A stretch of DNA of 59,977 nt from a virus. Its lineage: Duplodnaviria > Caudoviricetes. Each line of letters begins with the position of its first letter. Positions within the stretch are counted from its first letter, which is position 1. Below the pieces are notes generated by a model. The model ran no database searches. It was not told where the DNA came from and saw nothing but the letters and a program-made list of their open reading frames with translations. Position numbers and translations under genes: made by a program. This document shows positions 44,290 through 54,183 of this stretch, piece after piece. Where the stretch lies: positions 1 through 59,977 of the IMG/VR virus record IMGVR_UViG_3300031949_000040; one strand, written 5' to 3'.

Positions 44290-45658
44290 TGGTTGGCAGT
44301 CCTGGCTCACCACCCTATTTCCCAACCTCTTCTACGCCCCCTTTGTCCAGCGCCACGTTGAATTTTGGGAGCATGTCGAAGCGATTGCGCCCGGCCTTAA
44401 GCCGCCCGCCTTTTTCGCTATCTGGGGACGCGGCGGCGGCAAGTCCACCAACGCAGAAGCGGCGGCTGTTCGTCTTGGCGCGAAGGACGTCCGTAAGTTT
44501 TGCCTTTACACCCGCTCCACTCAGGACAAGGCCAATGAAAGCGTGATGAATATAGCGGCGATGCTTGAAAGTAAACAGATAGCCGAGTATTACCCTGGGT
44601 TGGCCGAGCGCAAATTGGGCAAGTATGGCAACTCCAAAGGCTGGAAGGTCAACACCCTGCGCTGTGCCAATGGCTTTAATGTGGTGGCTCTGGGCTACGA
44701 TGCCGCGGTGCGTGGCATCAAGCTCGAGGAATATCGACCTGACGTTATTTTTATGGATGATATAGACGATAAAAATGATACCCTGGAAGCCACGCTTAAA
44801 AAGGTCAACACCCTGACCCGTGACATCCTTCCCTCCGGCTCAACCGACGTGGCGATTATTGGTATCCAAAATCTCGTCAACTACAGCGGCATATTCACCC
44901 AAATAGCCAGGGACAAGGCCGACTTTCTACGCAATCGAATTGTGAGCGGGCCTTACCCGGTAGTTGATGACCTGGAATATGAATTTAGCGAGGATGACCG
45001 GCGCTATCATATCACGGCAGGACAACCAACCTGGGAAGGGCAGAACCTGGCAACCTGTGAAGCCCAAATGAATGAGTGGGGCTTATCGGCTTTTCTCAAC
45101 GAGGCGCAGCTACTCATTACCAAAAAAGAAGGTCGTGTCTATCACGCCTTTAGCGAACCGGGGTCAGACGCCAGCAAGCTTGATTATAGTCAGGCTGTGG
45201 GCTACTGGCACGCGCACGACTTCGGTGCCGTTAATGCCGTATTTGGCCTATATGCGAAAATCGGTAATACTTACTACAAAATCCACGAGCAGAAATTGCC
45301 AGGGGGCACTACAGCAGCCAGGGCAGCGATTATCAAGTCACATTTCGCCAATCGTAACATTGTGGCCGGCTACGGTGGCGCAAAAGGCGAGGATCAGCAG
45401 CGCCTGGACTACGGCAAGGAAGGCGTCATCATTCGTTTGCCGGTCATTAACGATGTTGAGGCGCAAATAGATGCGGCTAATCGGATGCTGGAAAAGAACG
45501 AGCTGGTTATTTGCTCCAATTGTGTCCATACGATAGACCAAATGGAAAATTGTACCCGCGATGAAAAAGAGGGGATAGCCGATAAAGCGACGTGGCATTA
45601 CCTGGATGAGACACGTTATTTTTGCGCCGGTGTTAAGAGGGGGGTGTTTGTGGGATGA
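44174..45658 (+). CDS. Terminase large subunit
   Basis: GRGGGKST Walker A, RPDVIFMDD, HDFG nuclease motif, HYLDETRY. Confidence 0.9.
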   Translation: MSLQVKSLKDYLSPSAYQQLKLEKLKWKAQQRLTLKAPDGWQSWLTTLFPNLFYAPFVQRHVEFWEHVEAIAPGLKPPAFFAIWGRGGGKSTNAEAAAVRLGAKDVRKFCLYTRSTQDKANESVMNIAAMLESKQIAEYYPGLAERKLGKYGNSKGWKVNTLRCANGFNVVALGYDAAVRGIKLEEYRPDVIFMDDIDDKNDTLEATLKKVNTLTRDILPSGSTDVAIIGIQNLVNYSGIFTQIARDKADFLRNRIVSGPYPVVDDLEYEFSEDDRRYHITAGQPTWEGQNLATCEAQMNEWGLSAFLNEAQLLITKKEGRVYHAFSEPGSDASKLDYSQAVGYWHAHDFGAVNAVFGLYAKIGNTYYKIHEQKLPGGTTAARAAIIKSHFANRNIVAGYGGAKGEDQQRLDYGKEGVIIRLPVINDVEAQIDAANRMLEKNELVICSNCVHTIDQMENCTRDEKEGIADKATWHYLDETRYFCAGVKRGVFVG

Positions 45659-45800
45659 TAACCAGACTGACAAATAGTTTCACTGTCATTGGTGACTTTT
45701 TAATCTCCTTCTGGAAAGTCACAGAGGTTTGGGTTTTGGCTTTTATTTTGGCTTTTGCTTTTGCGTCGTGCCTTGTACTCATTCTTTTGGTGGTATCTAA

Positions 45801-47291
45801 ATGATAGCTAAACCTTCCCCCCTAACCCGGCTCAAAGCCGCCATTCAATTCTACCGCACCGGCTCGCGCCACTTCCAGGTGCAACCACGCCAGCAGCCGC
45901 AAACCAAGAAAATTCCCTTCATCTGGCCGCAGTGGTACAACGGCCAACCCCAATGGCAGCTTATCAACTACGAAGCCTATGCCAATGAGGGCTTCAACGC
46001 AAACGCCGTGATTTACAGCGCAATTATGTATAAAACCAGGGCCTCTACTCTCGCGCCACTGCGGGCCTATACCGGTACACCCGAAGAGCCGGAATTATTA
46101 TCCCGCTCACACTGGCTGCAATCGCTCTGTATGCGACCTAATCGCTTCCAATCCTGGTCTGAGTTCAAATCTCAGGCGTGGGTTTACTGGCTTCTATCCG
46201 GCAATAACTTCACCGTCTTTAGCCGAAACAGGGACCAAATTGACGGGATGTATAATTTACGACCAGATAGGACATTTATCATTCCAAAAGCTGATCGCAA
46301 GGAATTGATTGGCTTTTGGTACGTGCCAGAGGGAAAATCCTGGGTGGACGGCGTACCCTATCTGCCCCAAGACGTGATGCACAATAAACTGCCTAATCCA
46401 ATGGATCCGCTGGACGGGCTGGGCTATGGCATCAGCCCATTATCACCAGCAGCCCACCATGGTGATGTGGATAACGACCTGACCAAATTCTTTCGTCTAT
46501 TTTTCAAGGCTGGCGCAATGCCGCAGGGTCTGCTGTCCTTTGACGTGTCGATGCAAGATGACGAAGTAGCTGCAGCCCGCAGGCGTTGGAATGAGATTTA
46601 TGGCGGGTCAGAGAACTGGGCAGAGGAAAGTACAGCTGTACTTGACCAAGGCGGAACGTACCAACGTATTGGCTTTACCTTTCAGGAGATGGACGTTAGC
46701 AGCATTGACGCTCGCAACGAGAGCCGAATGGTAGGGCCTTATGGTGTTCCTTTGACCCTTATCGAGAGCCGGCCCGAGTTAGTTTCTTCCACCTACAACA
46801 ATAAAGAGAGTGACAAAATCCAATTCTGGGAAGATACAATGGAGCCTGAATTGGCGTGGTGGGAGGATGACTGGCAATATTATTTGCAAGGGCCAGGCGG
46901 TGAATTTGTGATGTATGATTTATCAAAGACGCCAGCCTATCAGAAGCGAAAGAATGAAAGGCTCGACCGCATCCAAAAGGCATTTGAGGCAGGAACGAAG
47001 TCCGGACAGGTTGTGGTGACGGCTACAGAGTACCGAACTGAATTAGGTTATGATCCGTTGCCGGAGGATGAACAACTACAATCGGCTACGCCAGCGCCAG
47101 CGCCTGCTACTGAACCAATGCCGGAGGTGCAAGACGAAGCGGACGAAGCCGATGTAGCTACTTCCACCAATGGCCGTGTAAAAAAAAAGCCCTTGACCGC
47201 GCCGGCTTCTGGACAAAAGCCGACAAGCTTGCCACCGGCTATGAAGCCGAATTTGGCGAGGCAGCGACTGCCAGTTTCACGGACGACCTGA
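45801..47291 (+). CDS. Portal protein (HK97-like)
   Basis: LLSGNNF, LRPDR, GYGISPL, FFKAGAMPQGLL. Confidence 0.9.
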   Translation: MIAKPSPLTRLKAAIQFYRTGSRHFQVQPRQQPQTKKIPFIWPQWYNGQPQWQLINYEAYANEGFNANAVIYSAIMYKTRASTLAPLRAYTGTPEEPELLSRSHWLQSLCMRPNRFQSWSEFKSQAWVYWLLSGNNFTVFSRNRDQIDGMYNLRPDRTFIIPKADRKELIGFWYVPEGKSWVDGVPYLPQDVMHNKLPNPMDPLDGLGYGISPLSPAAHHGDVDNDLTKFFRLFFKAGAMPQGLLSFDVSMQDDEVAAARRRWNEIYGGSENWAEESTAVLDQGGTYQRIGFTFQEMDVSSIDARNESRMVGPYGVPLTLIESRPELVSSTYNNKESDKIQFWEDTMEPELAWWEDDWQYYLQGPGGEFVMYDLSKTPAYQKRKNERLDRIQKAFEAGTKSGQVVVTATEYRTELGYDPLPEDEQLQSATPAPAPATEPMPEVQDEADEADVATSTNGRVKKKPLTAPASGQKPTSLPPAMKPNLARQRLPVSRTT

Positions 47292-48007
47292 AGTATATTG
47301 AGGCGATTATCAATGATGTCAACAAGGAAGCGAGACGGCAACGGGCTTCATTGAATTGGGACATAGTTATTGAGGCCATCGGCCTCTACCTGGCCAGCGG
47401 TGTCACCTGGCAGCGGCATTTCATTTTGCCGATGGACAGACTGATGACGGAACGAGTGAATGATTTGAACAGCGCCTTCAAGAAGTCAATGAAGCAAGTG
47501 GCCGCCGACTTACTGCGACAGGATTGGTTCAATGAGTACACCATCAGCTTTGCACAGCCGATAAACGCCACGACCGAGGAGACTATTCGGCGGCTGATTG
47601 AGCAGGGCGTAGTGGAAGGATGGAGCGTGCCGACGATGCAAAAGCATTTGGAGACGCTGTTTAGTCAGTGGATGACGGGGAAGTTGACGGCGGAGGAATT
47701 TGAGTGGTTTGAGGAGAGGATGCCGGAATGGAGATGGGAGATAATCAGCCGAACTGAGACCATGAGAGCGCTTAACACAATTTCATATCGTTTATACTCT
47801 GCTTGGGGGGTTGAAAGTCACGAATGGGCTAGTGCGCATGATAATCGCGTCAGATTGGATCACCTGGAAGCCGATGGGCAAGTGGTAAGGATTGGCACAC
47901 CGTTTAATGTGGGAGGTGAAGGATTATTATTTCCTGGTGATCCTAGAGGAAGCCCGGCAAATGTGATACAATGTAGATGCACTACCTTGCCGGTTATAAG
48001 GAGTTGA
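47180..48007 (+). CDS. Head morphogenesis (MuF/SPP1 gp7-like) domain, probably a -1 frameshift extension of the portal
   Basis: ISRTET, W.SAHD.RVR..H...DGQ, PGDP...NVIQCRC; frame open from the A9 run at 47180 (ORF track start 47351). Confidence 0.75.
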   Translation, partial: KKKALDRAGFWTKADKLATGYEAEFGEAATASFTDDLKYIEAIINDVNKEARRQRASLNWDIVIEAIGLYLASGVTWQRHFILPMDRLMTERVNDLNSAFKKSMKQVAADLLRQDWFNEYTISFAQPINATTEETIRRLIEQGVVEGWSVPTMQKHLETLFSQWMTGKLTAEEFEWFEERMPEWRWEIISRTETMRALNTISYRLYSAWGVESHEWASAHDNRVRLDHLEADGQVVRIGTPFNVGGEGLLFPGDPRGSPANVIQCRCTTLPVIRS

Positions 48008-48008
48008 A

Positions 48009-48233
48009 ATGGCCTACAAATATGCAGTCTTAATATTGCGCAAAGCCGCATTTGAATTAGGCGGCGAAATCTTGACCAATCGAGCCATTGAGCACGAGGT
48101 CGAAACAGCCGGGGATGTACATGGCCTTGCTCATCAGATTTTGTTTGGTTCCTTCTCCCCACACGATGGCGAGAAGGAGGTGCGTTTTCTTGAGTTAATC
48201 AGGGCCATTAAGTTGTTGGATGACATCAGGTAA
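48009..48233 (+). CDS. Hypothetical protein
   Basis: 74 aa; GGAG RBS. Confidence 0.5.
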   Translation: MAYKYAVLILRKAAFELGGEILTNRAIEHEVETAGDVHGLAHQILFGSFSPHDGEKEVRFLELIRAIKLLDDIR

Positions 48234-48274
48234 CTATGGAAAATGAAAGTTATAAATTTTTGGAGTACGCCTAG

Positions 48275-48520
48275 ATGACCGACCTAACCACGAAAGACCT
48301 AAATGAACGCTACCCAGATGATGAGCTTAAAAGCCGCATCCTTTGGGAGATAGTTAGGCGTTTCCCATTCTCGATTGAGGATGTCAGAATTGTTTACGAG
48401 ACGGTAGGCTCTTTTGATGGTACTATTAAAGCGTGTGAGGTTGCTGTCAAGATGGGCTTTAATAGTGCCATGAGTGCGCTATCGTTCCCAAAGCAGCCCG
48501 GCCCAAGCGAGACAAAATGA
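48275..48520 (+). CDS. Hypothetical protein
   Basis: 81 aa. Confidence 0.5.
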   Translation: MTDLTTKDLNERYPDDELKSRILWEIVRRFPFSIEDVRIVYETVGSFDGTIKACEVAVKMGFNSAMSALSFPKQPGPSETK

Positions 48521-48671
48521 GCAACAACGGTCACTCATTGCAAATAGCTAGCGACTGTGCTAAAATAGACATACAGCGCAAGCTTGAAATCTTCTCGCAG
48601 ATGGTGCGCCATTTGACGGCGTTGATTTATTTGGTGGCTGAATTGGTGATTGGAGTAAAGCCGGAGAAGCT

Positions 48672-49022
48672 ATGAATTATCTCAATATTGCCAAAAACTA
48701 CTTTCCTGTAACGGATAAGACGAAAGTCATTGTGGCGCATCGTCCGACAATACAGATACCGGTACTCAGAGCGCCAAAAGAGGCAACCGAGCCAAGAAAG
48801 ATTGAGTTTGATAAGTTTGGATTTTGGTGGGGACTGGCTAGATTTGTTGGCAAGTTAGTGGGTAAACCTCAATGGGGTAAAGGTCGGCAATACTATATCC
48901 CGACCCTTATGAGCATCATCATTGAGACGAACCAACCAACCAACTCAGACCAACCGCCTATGGGTTACAATGAGGAGTACGACATCTTGGCGGTTTATGA
49001 GCCAAGAAACCTTGACTGTTAA
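48672..49022 (+). CDS. Hypothetical protein
   Basis: 116 aa. Confidence 0.5.
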   Translation: MNYLNIAKNYFPVTDKTKVIVAHRPTIQIPVLRAPKEATEPRKIEFDKFGFWWGLARFVGKLVGKPQWGKGRQYYIPTLMSIIIETNQPTNSDQPPMGYNEEYDILAVYEPRNLDC

Positions 49023-49062
49023 AGATAACTAAATAACCCGGCCCACTAAGGCTAGACCTTAC

Positions 49063-49111
49063 ACGGCCCGATTGACTACTACTAACCACGTAGTCAATCG
49101 GGCCGTTTTTT
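49063..49111 (+). terminator. Terminator/attenuator hairpin upstream of the prohead protease
   Basis: 17-bp perfect stem ACGGCCCGATTGACTAC/GTAGTCAATCGGGCCGT followed by a T-run. Confidence 0.75.
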
Positions 49112-49131
49112 ATTTCCCCAACGGAGGGAAT

Positions 49132-50175
49132 ATGGAACATAAAACTTGCAAAGCGGTGGTACTGAACGCGGATGAAGCCCAAGGCGTTGTGGAATGTATC
49201 TTTTCGGTTTTCGGAGTGCTGGATTTCGGAAATGATATAGTGCACAACGGAAGTTTCACCAAGACGTGGAACGAGCGCGGTCACAAGATACGTTTACTTG
49301 ATTCTCACAATACCCACAGCGTTTTATCATCTTTAGGAAAACCTTTAGAGTTTCGAGAACTAAGACGCGGCGAATTGCCCCAAGCTCTGATGGATGAATA
49401 CCCAGAAGCAACGGGCGGGGCTTGGGCTAAAGTTCAATTCAATATGAAAACCGACGCCGGCCGTGATGCTTTTTGGCACGTGGCTAGCGGTGATGTGGAT
49501 GAATGGTCATGGGGCTATGACCCTGTAGACAAAGACCATACAAAAATAACCTGGCGAGGGCAAGAGGTTGTGGCCCGAAATCTACGGACGGTAAAACAGT
49601 ACGAGTTGTCGCCTGTAATTTTTGGGATGCTAGAAGCAACCACCACCACCGACGCCAAAAGCGCAGATGATGCCAAGCCCACCGAAGGCAAACCCTACGG
49701 CGTAGTCGAAGAGGATGGCAAATACTGTGTCTACAAACTTGATGCCGATGGCAAGCCGACTGGCGAGCGCCTGGGTTCACACGCTACCAGGGCAGAGGCA
49801 CGGGCACAGATGCGGGCTATGTACGCCTCAGAGGGTGGCAAGGCTGGCTACTATGGCGAAGATGAGGAAGAGGATAAGCCAGAGAAAGCCGACGATGGGC
49901 CAGAGGAAGCTAAAGCCGGCCGCGTCCTCTCCGCTCGCAACGCCAAACGCATCAAGGCCGCAATGGACGAACTTCATACCTGCCTGATGGAAGCTGGCTT
50001 GATGGAAATGCCGGAAGATGAAAACGACAACACCGGGCCGCAAAAGTCCGATACACCATCCACCTCCGACGCTACAGGATCGCAACCTGAGCCGGACGGG
50101 GCCGGAACGGATAACGACAGTAGCACCCGTTTACTCAAACTTATTGAATTAGAGTTAGAAGAAACGGAGGTTTAA
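49132..50175 (+). CDS. HK97-type prohead protease with acidic scaffold-like tail
   Basis: D..NDIV..GSF, LLDSH, EWSWGY, YELSPV; GGAGG RBS. Confidence 0.85.
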   Translation: MEHKTCKAVVLNADEAQGVVECIFSVFGVLDFGNDIVHNGSFTKTWNERGHKIRLLDSHNTHSVLSSLGKPLEFRELRRGELPQALMDEYPEATGGAWAKVQFNMKTDAGRDAFWHVASGDVDEWSWGYDPVDKDHTKITWRGQEVVARNLRTVKQYELSPVIFGMLEATTTTDAKSADDAKPTEGKPYGVVEEDGKYCVYKLDADGKPTGERLGSHATRAEARAQMRAMYASEGGKAGYYGEDEEEDKPEKADDGPEEAKAGRVLSARNAKRIKAAMDELHTCLMEAGLMEMPEDENDNTGPQKSDTPSTSDATGSQPEPDGAGTDNDSSTRLLKLIELELEETEV

Positions 50176-51498
50176 TTGTCTACTTATAAAGACAAGCTGG
50201 GTGAGGCCAAAGCATTATTTGAGAAGGCCAAAGCCCTGATCGTTGATCCAAAGGCCACGACCGAGGAAAAGAATCAGGTTGAGGCTATCCTGACCGAGGC
50301 CCGGCAGCTTAAGGCCGAAGCGGGGCAACTCAAGGAACTCGAAGAAGCTGTCACCGAACTGGGCGGAGAAATCAAGAAACTGCCCGGCGAGGGCGAGGAT
50401 AAGGCCAAGCCCGAACGGAAAGACAGCAAGCCCTTTGTGGATTGGGGCGAGTTCCTGGAAGCGGCTTATATGGCCGGCAGTCCTCAGTATAAGGGCGCAC
50501 CTGACCCGCGTTTGCAGTGGTTCAAAGACGAAGGCAAGGGCGGCCACGAAAGCAAGGAAGAAAAGCAGATGGTTGAAAGCGTCGGCGCTTCCGGCGGCTT
50601 CCTTGTGCCGACTGAGTTTCAAGCGACGCTTCAGGCTGTGATAGGTGAAACTTCCATCGTTCGCAGTCGGGCGACTATTATCCGTATGCGACGCCGGGCC
50701 ATTCAATTGCCGGTACTCGACCAGACCGGCACGCCCAGCGGGCGGCCTCATTGGTTTGGCGGGATGCAGTTCTACTGGGAAGAAGAAGCGGCCGAGAAAA
50801 CAATCACAACTGCTACTTTTCGCCAGGTGGAATTAGTCGGTCACAAGCTGATCGGCTACACCCGCGCCAGCGATGAACTGTTAGATGACAGCGCGATTTC
50901 GCTGGCTGACTTTCTTTCCGGGCCGATGGGTATGGCCGGCGGCATTGCCTGGATGGAGGATTATGCCTTCTTCCGTGGCACGGGCGCGGGTCAGCCGCTG
51001 GGCGTTATCAATGCTGCGGCGACTATTCAGGAGCCACGCGCTGCTGCTGGCACAATTGGCTTCGACGATTTGGCCGATATGATGGAGGACTTTTTACCGA
51101 CTGGCAACGGCCTCTGGACAATCACTCAATCAGCAATGAGCGAGCTTATCCAGTTGAATGGCCCAACGGGTAATCCATCCTACATCTGGCAGCCAAACGC
51201 CAGAGATGGCATTCCCGGCTCAATCCTGGGCTTTCCGGTCATCTGGACGGAGAAACAACCCCGGATCGGCACAGCAGGCGACGTGGTACTGGCCGACTGG
51301 CGCTACTACCTGTTGGGAGACCGGCAAGCCACGACCATCGAAAGTACGCAGTATGATTTCTGGCGATATGACCAGACATCATGGCGAGCGGTTCATCGGG
51401 TAGATGGCCAGCCGTGGTTGTCCAGCCCCATCACGTATGAAGATGGGACCACGACAATTTCACCATTCGTCATCCTGGCTGGCGTAGGGGGCAGCTAA
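50176..51498 (+). CDS. Major capsid protein (HK97 fold)
   Basis: GGFLVPTEF, SDELLDDS, GTGAGQPLGVI, ILGFPV, RVDG. Confidence 0.93.
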   Translation: MSTYKDKLGEAKALFEKAKALIVDPKATTEEKNQVEAILTEARQLKAEAGQLKELEEAVTELGGEIKKLPGEGEDKAKPERKDSKPFVDWGEFLEAAYMAGSPQYKGAPDPRLQWFKDEGKGGHESKEEKQMVESVGASGGFLVPTEFQATLQAVIGETSIVRSRATIIRMRRRAIQLPVLDQTGTPSGRPHWFGGMQFYWEEEAAEKTITTATFRQVELVGHKLIGYTRASDELLDDSAISLADFLSGPMGMAGGIAWMEDYAFFRGTGAGQPLGVINAAATIQEPRAAAGTIGFDDLADMMEDFLPTGNGLWTITQSAMSELIQLNGPTGNPSYIWQPNARDGIPGSILGFPVIWTEKQPRIGTAGDVVLADWRYYLLGDRQATTIESTQYDFWRYDQTSWRAVHRVDGQPWLSSPITYEDGTTTISPFVILAGVGGS

Positions 51499-51501
51499 CT
51501 A

Positions 51502-51945
51502 ATGGCATACACTAATCGAGTTTCAGAAGAACTTGTACCACTGGTGACGCACTACCCGCTCACGCGGCAAGTCGCGTCGCACGTCTCAGACTGGGTACTG
51601 CTGGAGAACTATCACCGGGCCTGGCTTTTCCTGACAATGGGCGCGATGGGCGTAAACGCAACACTGACCGCCAAATTACAGCAGGCGTCCGATGCAACCG
51701 GAACCGGCGTGAAGGACATTACCGGCAAGGCGTTGACTTCACTCACTCAGGCCGGGGCTGATGACAACAGTCTGGCCTGTATCGAGTTGCAGACTGAGGA
51801 GCTTGACGTGGATGGTGGTTTTGAATACGTGCGCTTTATGGTGACAATCGCGGTGGCTGATGTCTCCTACGGTGCGACGTTGTTCGGGACCAACTCACGG
51901 TATAAGCCGGTTCCAACGACGGCTTACGACGAGGTAGTTGGCTAG
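51502..51945 (+). CDS. Putative capsid decoration/accessory protein
   Basis: Directly after the capsid gene; KLQQASDATGTG...YVRF. Confidence 0.55.
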   Translation: MAYTNRVSEELVPLVTHYPLTRQVASHVSDWVLLENYHRAWLFLTMGAMGVNATLTAKLQQASDATGTGVKDITGKALTSLTQAGADDNSLACIELQTEELDVDGGFEYVRFMVTIAVADVSYGATLFGTNSRYKPVPTTAYDEVVG

Positions 51946-52571
51946 TGGGTAGTGTTTGGGTAAGAGCTAAAGCGATTATCCGAACCGAGGAGAATGGCAA
52001 GCTGAGGACATTCTACCCCGGCGATTGGTGTCAGACCCACCGCCATCAGGCGAGGGAATGGCTAGCCAATGGTCAGGCGGAAATTCTAAAGCCTGCCATT
52101 CTCCAAACCGTTCAGGACTTGACCGACTGTATCGTATTGCTACGGGGCTACATCCCAGAGCAGCAGCGTAGCCTCTTGTCGGCCAAGTTTCCCGGCGTGC
52201 CGATGGAAACGTATCAGGGACACCCTGTAAGCGGGCGCTTCCTGCTGTGGGACACATCGGCCAATCTGAGGCAGGACTTGATATTGACCGGCTTTCACCT
52301 ACTGAACAAATGGCAGCTAGCAATCCCGCTGCTGAACTACGAAGTGCTGGCCGAGAGTGTCGGCACGGCTGATGAACGGGCCGCTACAAAGGCCATCATC
52401 CACGATTTGCGTGTGCCGGTTTACGATTGCCGGGTGATTTTTGCAAGGGATTGTCAGGAGACACGGCGATTGTTTGAACTGTGGGATGGCGAAAGCGAGT
52501 TGGGCTTTTTACGAGCATTGTATCAGGCAAGGCCGATAGTTAACGCCTTGCCGCCGAGTTGGGTGATGTAA
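51945..52571 (+). CDS. Hypothetical protein, possibly a degenerate GT-A-like domain
   Basis: C-terminus (VIF..TRRLFELW...FLRALY..P) resembles the 53333 and 54184 proteins. Confidence 0.55.
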   Translation: MGSVWVRAKAIIRTEENGKLRTFYPGDWCQTHRHQAREWLANGQAEILKPAILQTVQDLTDCIVLLRGYIPEQQRSLLSAKFPGVPMETYQGHPVSGRFLLWDTSANLRQDLILTGFHLLNKWQLAIPLLNYEVLAESVGTADERAATKAIIHDLRVPVYDCRVIFARDCQETRRLFELWDGESELGFLRALYQARPIVNALPPSWVM

Positions 52572-53008
52572 TGGATGTCCAGTTGTATCTACCAAGAAAC
52601 CTGAGACATTCACGGCTGCAAAAAAAGATACTAATCTATCTATCACGGAAGCCAGAAAAAAGTATAACCGCAATAGCCAAGTCCATTGGATGCTCACGGG
52701 AGTCAACTAGCCGTTCCTTACACAAGCTCAAAAACTCAGGCCGTATTTTTAGGTCTGTGGATGGCTACAGGTTGACCATTTGGGGCAAAGAAGAAAGTTC
52801 AAAAGTTGAAATAGTGGAACGGGCTAAAGACATCAATGTTCATTGGTGGGACGCATCTGTTGGGTTTGATTGCCCGTGCGGAAATACAGACATCGTTATT
52901 AGTGACGAAAGCGATGACAAAATCTGTGATGGGTGCGGCAGGGTGTACAGGTTTACTTCCAAATTGGAGATCGTGATAGTTAGCAGCGGCGTAGACGAAG
53001 CCGCCTAG
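52571..53008 (+). CDS. Winged-helix protein with Zn-ribbon
   Basis: ITAIAKSIGCSRESTSRSLHKL; CPCG, CDGCG. Confidence 0.6.
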   Translation: MDVQLYLPRNLRHSRLQKKILIYLSRKPEKSITAIAKSIGCSRESTSRSLHKLKNSGRIFRSVDGYRLTIWGKEESSKVEIVERAKDINVHWWDASVGFDCPCGNTDIVISDESDDKICDGCGRVYRFTSKLEIVIVSSGVDEAA

Positions 53009-53028
53009 TTGGGTGATGAGGAGTTGAA

Positions 53029-53343
53029 ATGGCGAACAATTTTCCATCAATGAACTTGAAAGAATTTAAGAGCGCCGGCTTCTTACAAGAGGCTAACCGC
53101 CAATTTTTTCACCCTTTGGGATTAGCTCTTTTTGTGAGTTACGACGAACACGAACACAACGATGACAGTGAGCCTGTCGGTCTTGGAATTATGGACTACC
53201 GTGACGACCCAGAGGGAATGATATTCGCAGAACTAACTGAGGCCGATAAAGAAAGAGCCGCCAAAATTGCTGATTTGAGAGAAAGCAAGCGAGAAGCCAG
53301 GCTAAGGCTTTTGGGCGACATAATTCAACCGCTTGATGAGTAA
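53029..53343 (+). CDS. Conserved phage hypothetical protein
   Basis: GFLQEANRQFFHPLGLAL...DYRDDPEG. Confidence 0.6.
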   Translation: MANNFPSMNLKEFKSAGFLQEANRQFFHPLGLALFVSYDEHEHNDDSEPVGLGIMDYRDDPEGMIFAELTEADKERAAKIADLRESKREARLRLLGDIIQPLDE

Positions 53344-53926
53344 TGGCGTTGTCTACATAGCCTACGGCGACAGAGCCAAGCGCGAAGCCGCGCTAAGTAT
53401 CGAAAGCCTGAAGCGCTACAACGATTTGCCGATAACGGTCATCACTGAATACAAGTTTGATGAAGACCAATTCAGGACAGATGAGCAAAAGTCACGCTGG
53501 GCTAAAGTGAACTTGCCTCAATTGGTGGATTATGACCGGGTGCTCTATTTGGATGCTGATACAAAAGTAAATGGCAACATCACCCCCGGCTTTGACCTGC
53601 TCGACAATTGGGACTTAGCCATAGCACCAAGCAAAAACCAGGGCAACGCTTTGTTTGCTCACATCAAGAATGAGGCGGAGAAGGAAGCGACACTTGGGGA
53701 GATAGGGAACTGGCAGCCGTTGCAACTTCAATGCGGTGTGATTTGGTTTAGTCGGCTGAGATGCATGAAGTTATTTGAGACCTGGCAAGAGGAATGGACG
53801 CGATACAAGGGACAGGATCAAGCCGCTTTTCTGAGGGCATTGGATAGATGTCCGGTGCATGTTTGGCTTTTGGGTAGGCCGTTTAATGGTGGTAGTTTGG
53901 TGGCTCATTTATTTGGAAAGGTTTAA
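53333..53926 (+). CDS. GT-A (GT8-like) nucleotide-sugar transferase
   Basis: VLYLDADT DxD motif, DQAAF. Confidence 0.8.
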   Translation: MMSNGVVYIAYGDRAKREAALSIESLKRYNDLPITVITEYKFDEDQFRTDEQKSRWAKVNLPQLVDYDRVLYLDADTKVNGNITPGFDLLDNWDLAIAPSKNQGNALFAHIKNEAEKEATLGEIGNWQPLQLQCGVIWFSRLRCMKLFETWQEEWTRYKGQDQAAFLRALDRCPVHVWLLGRPFNGGSLVAHLFGKV

Positions 53927-53928
53927 CG

Positions 53929-54177
53929 ATGGCTCATATCATCAGAAGCGATGAAGTAACCGTAGAGGTCTGCAAGGCGCTGGGGCTTGACCCTGGCAAA
54001 GTGCGACGGGTAGTACTGGACTTGAATATTAACGAGCCATTGACTGCCTATGTGGAAATGTACGGCGATGAGCGGTTTTTGGATATTCAATGGACGCTTG
54101 ACGGGGCGATGATAGTTACGCAAGAAGAGACCGAAAAAGAGCCGGAAAAATTACTAAAGTCAGAATGGCTTGATTGA
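53929..54177 (+). CDS. Hypothetical protein
   Basis: 82 aa. Confidence 0.55.
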   Translation: MAHIIRSDEVTVEVCKALGLDPGKVRRVVLDLNINEPLTAYVEMYGDERFLDIQWTLDGAMIVTQEETEKEPEKLLKSEWLD

Positions 54178-54183
54178 GAAAGT

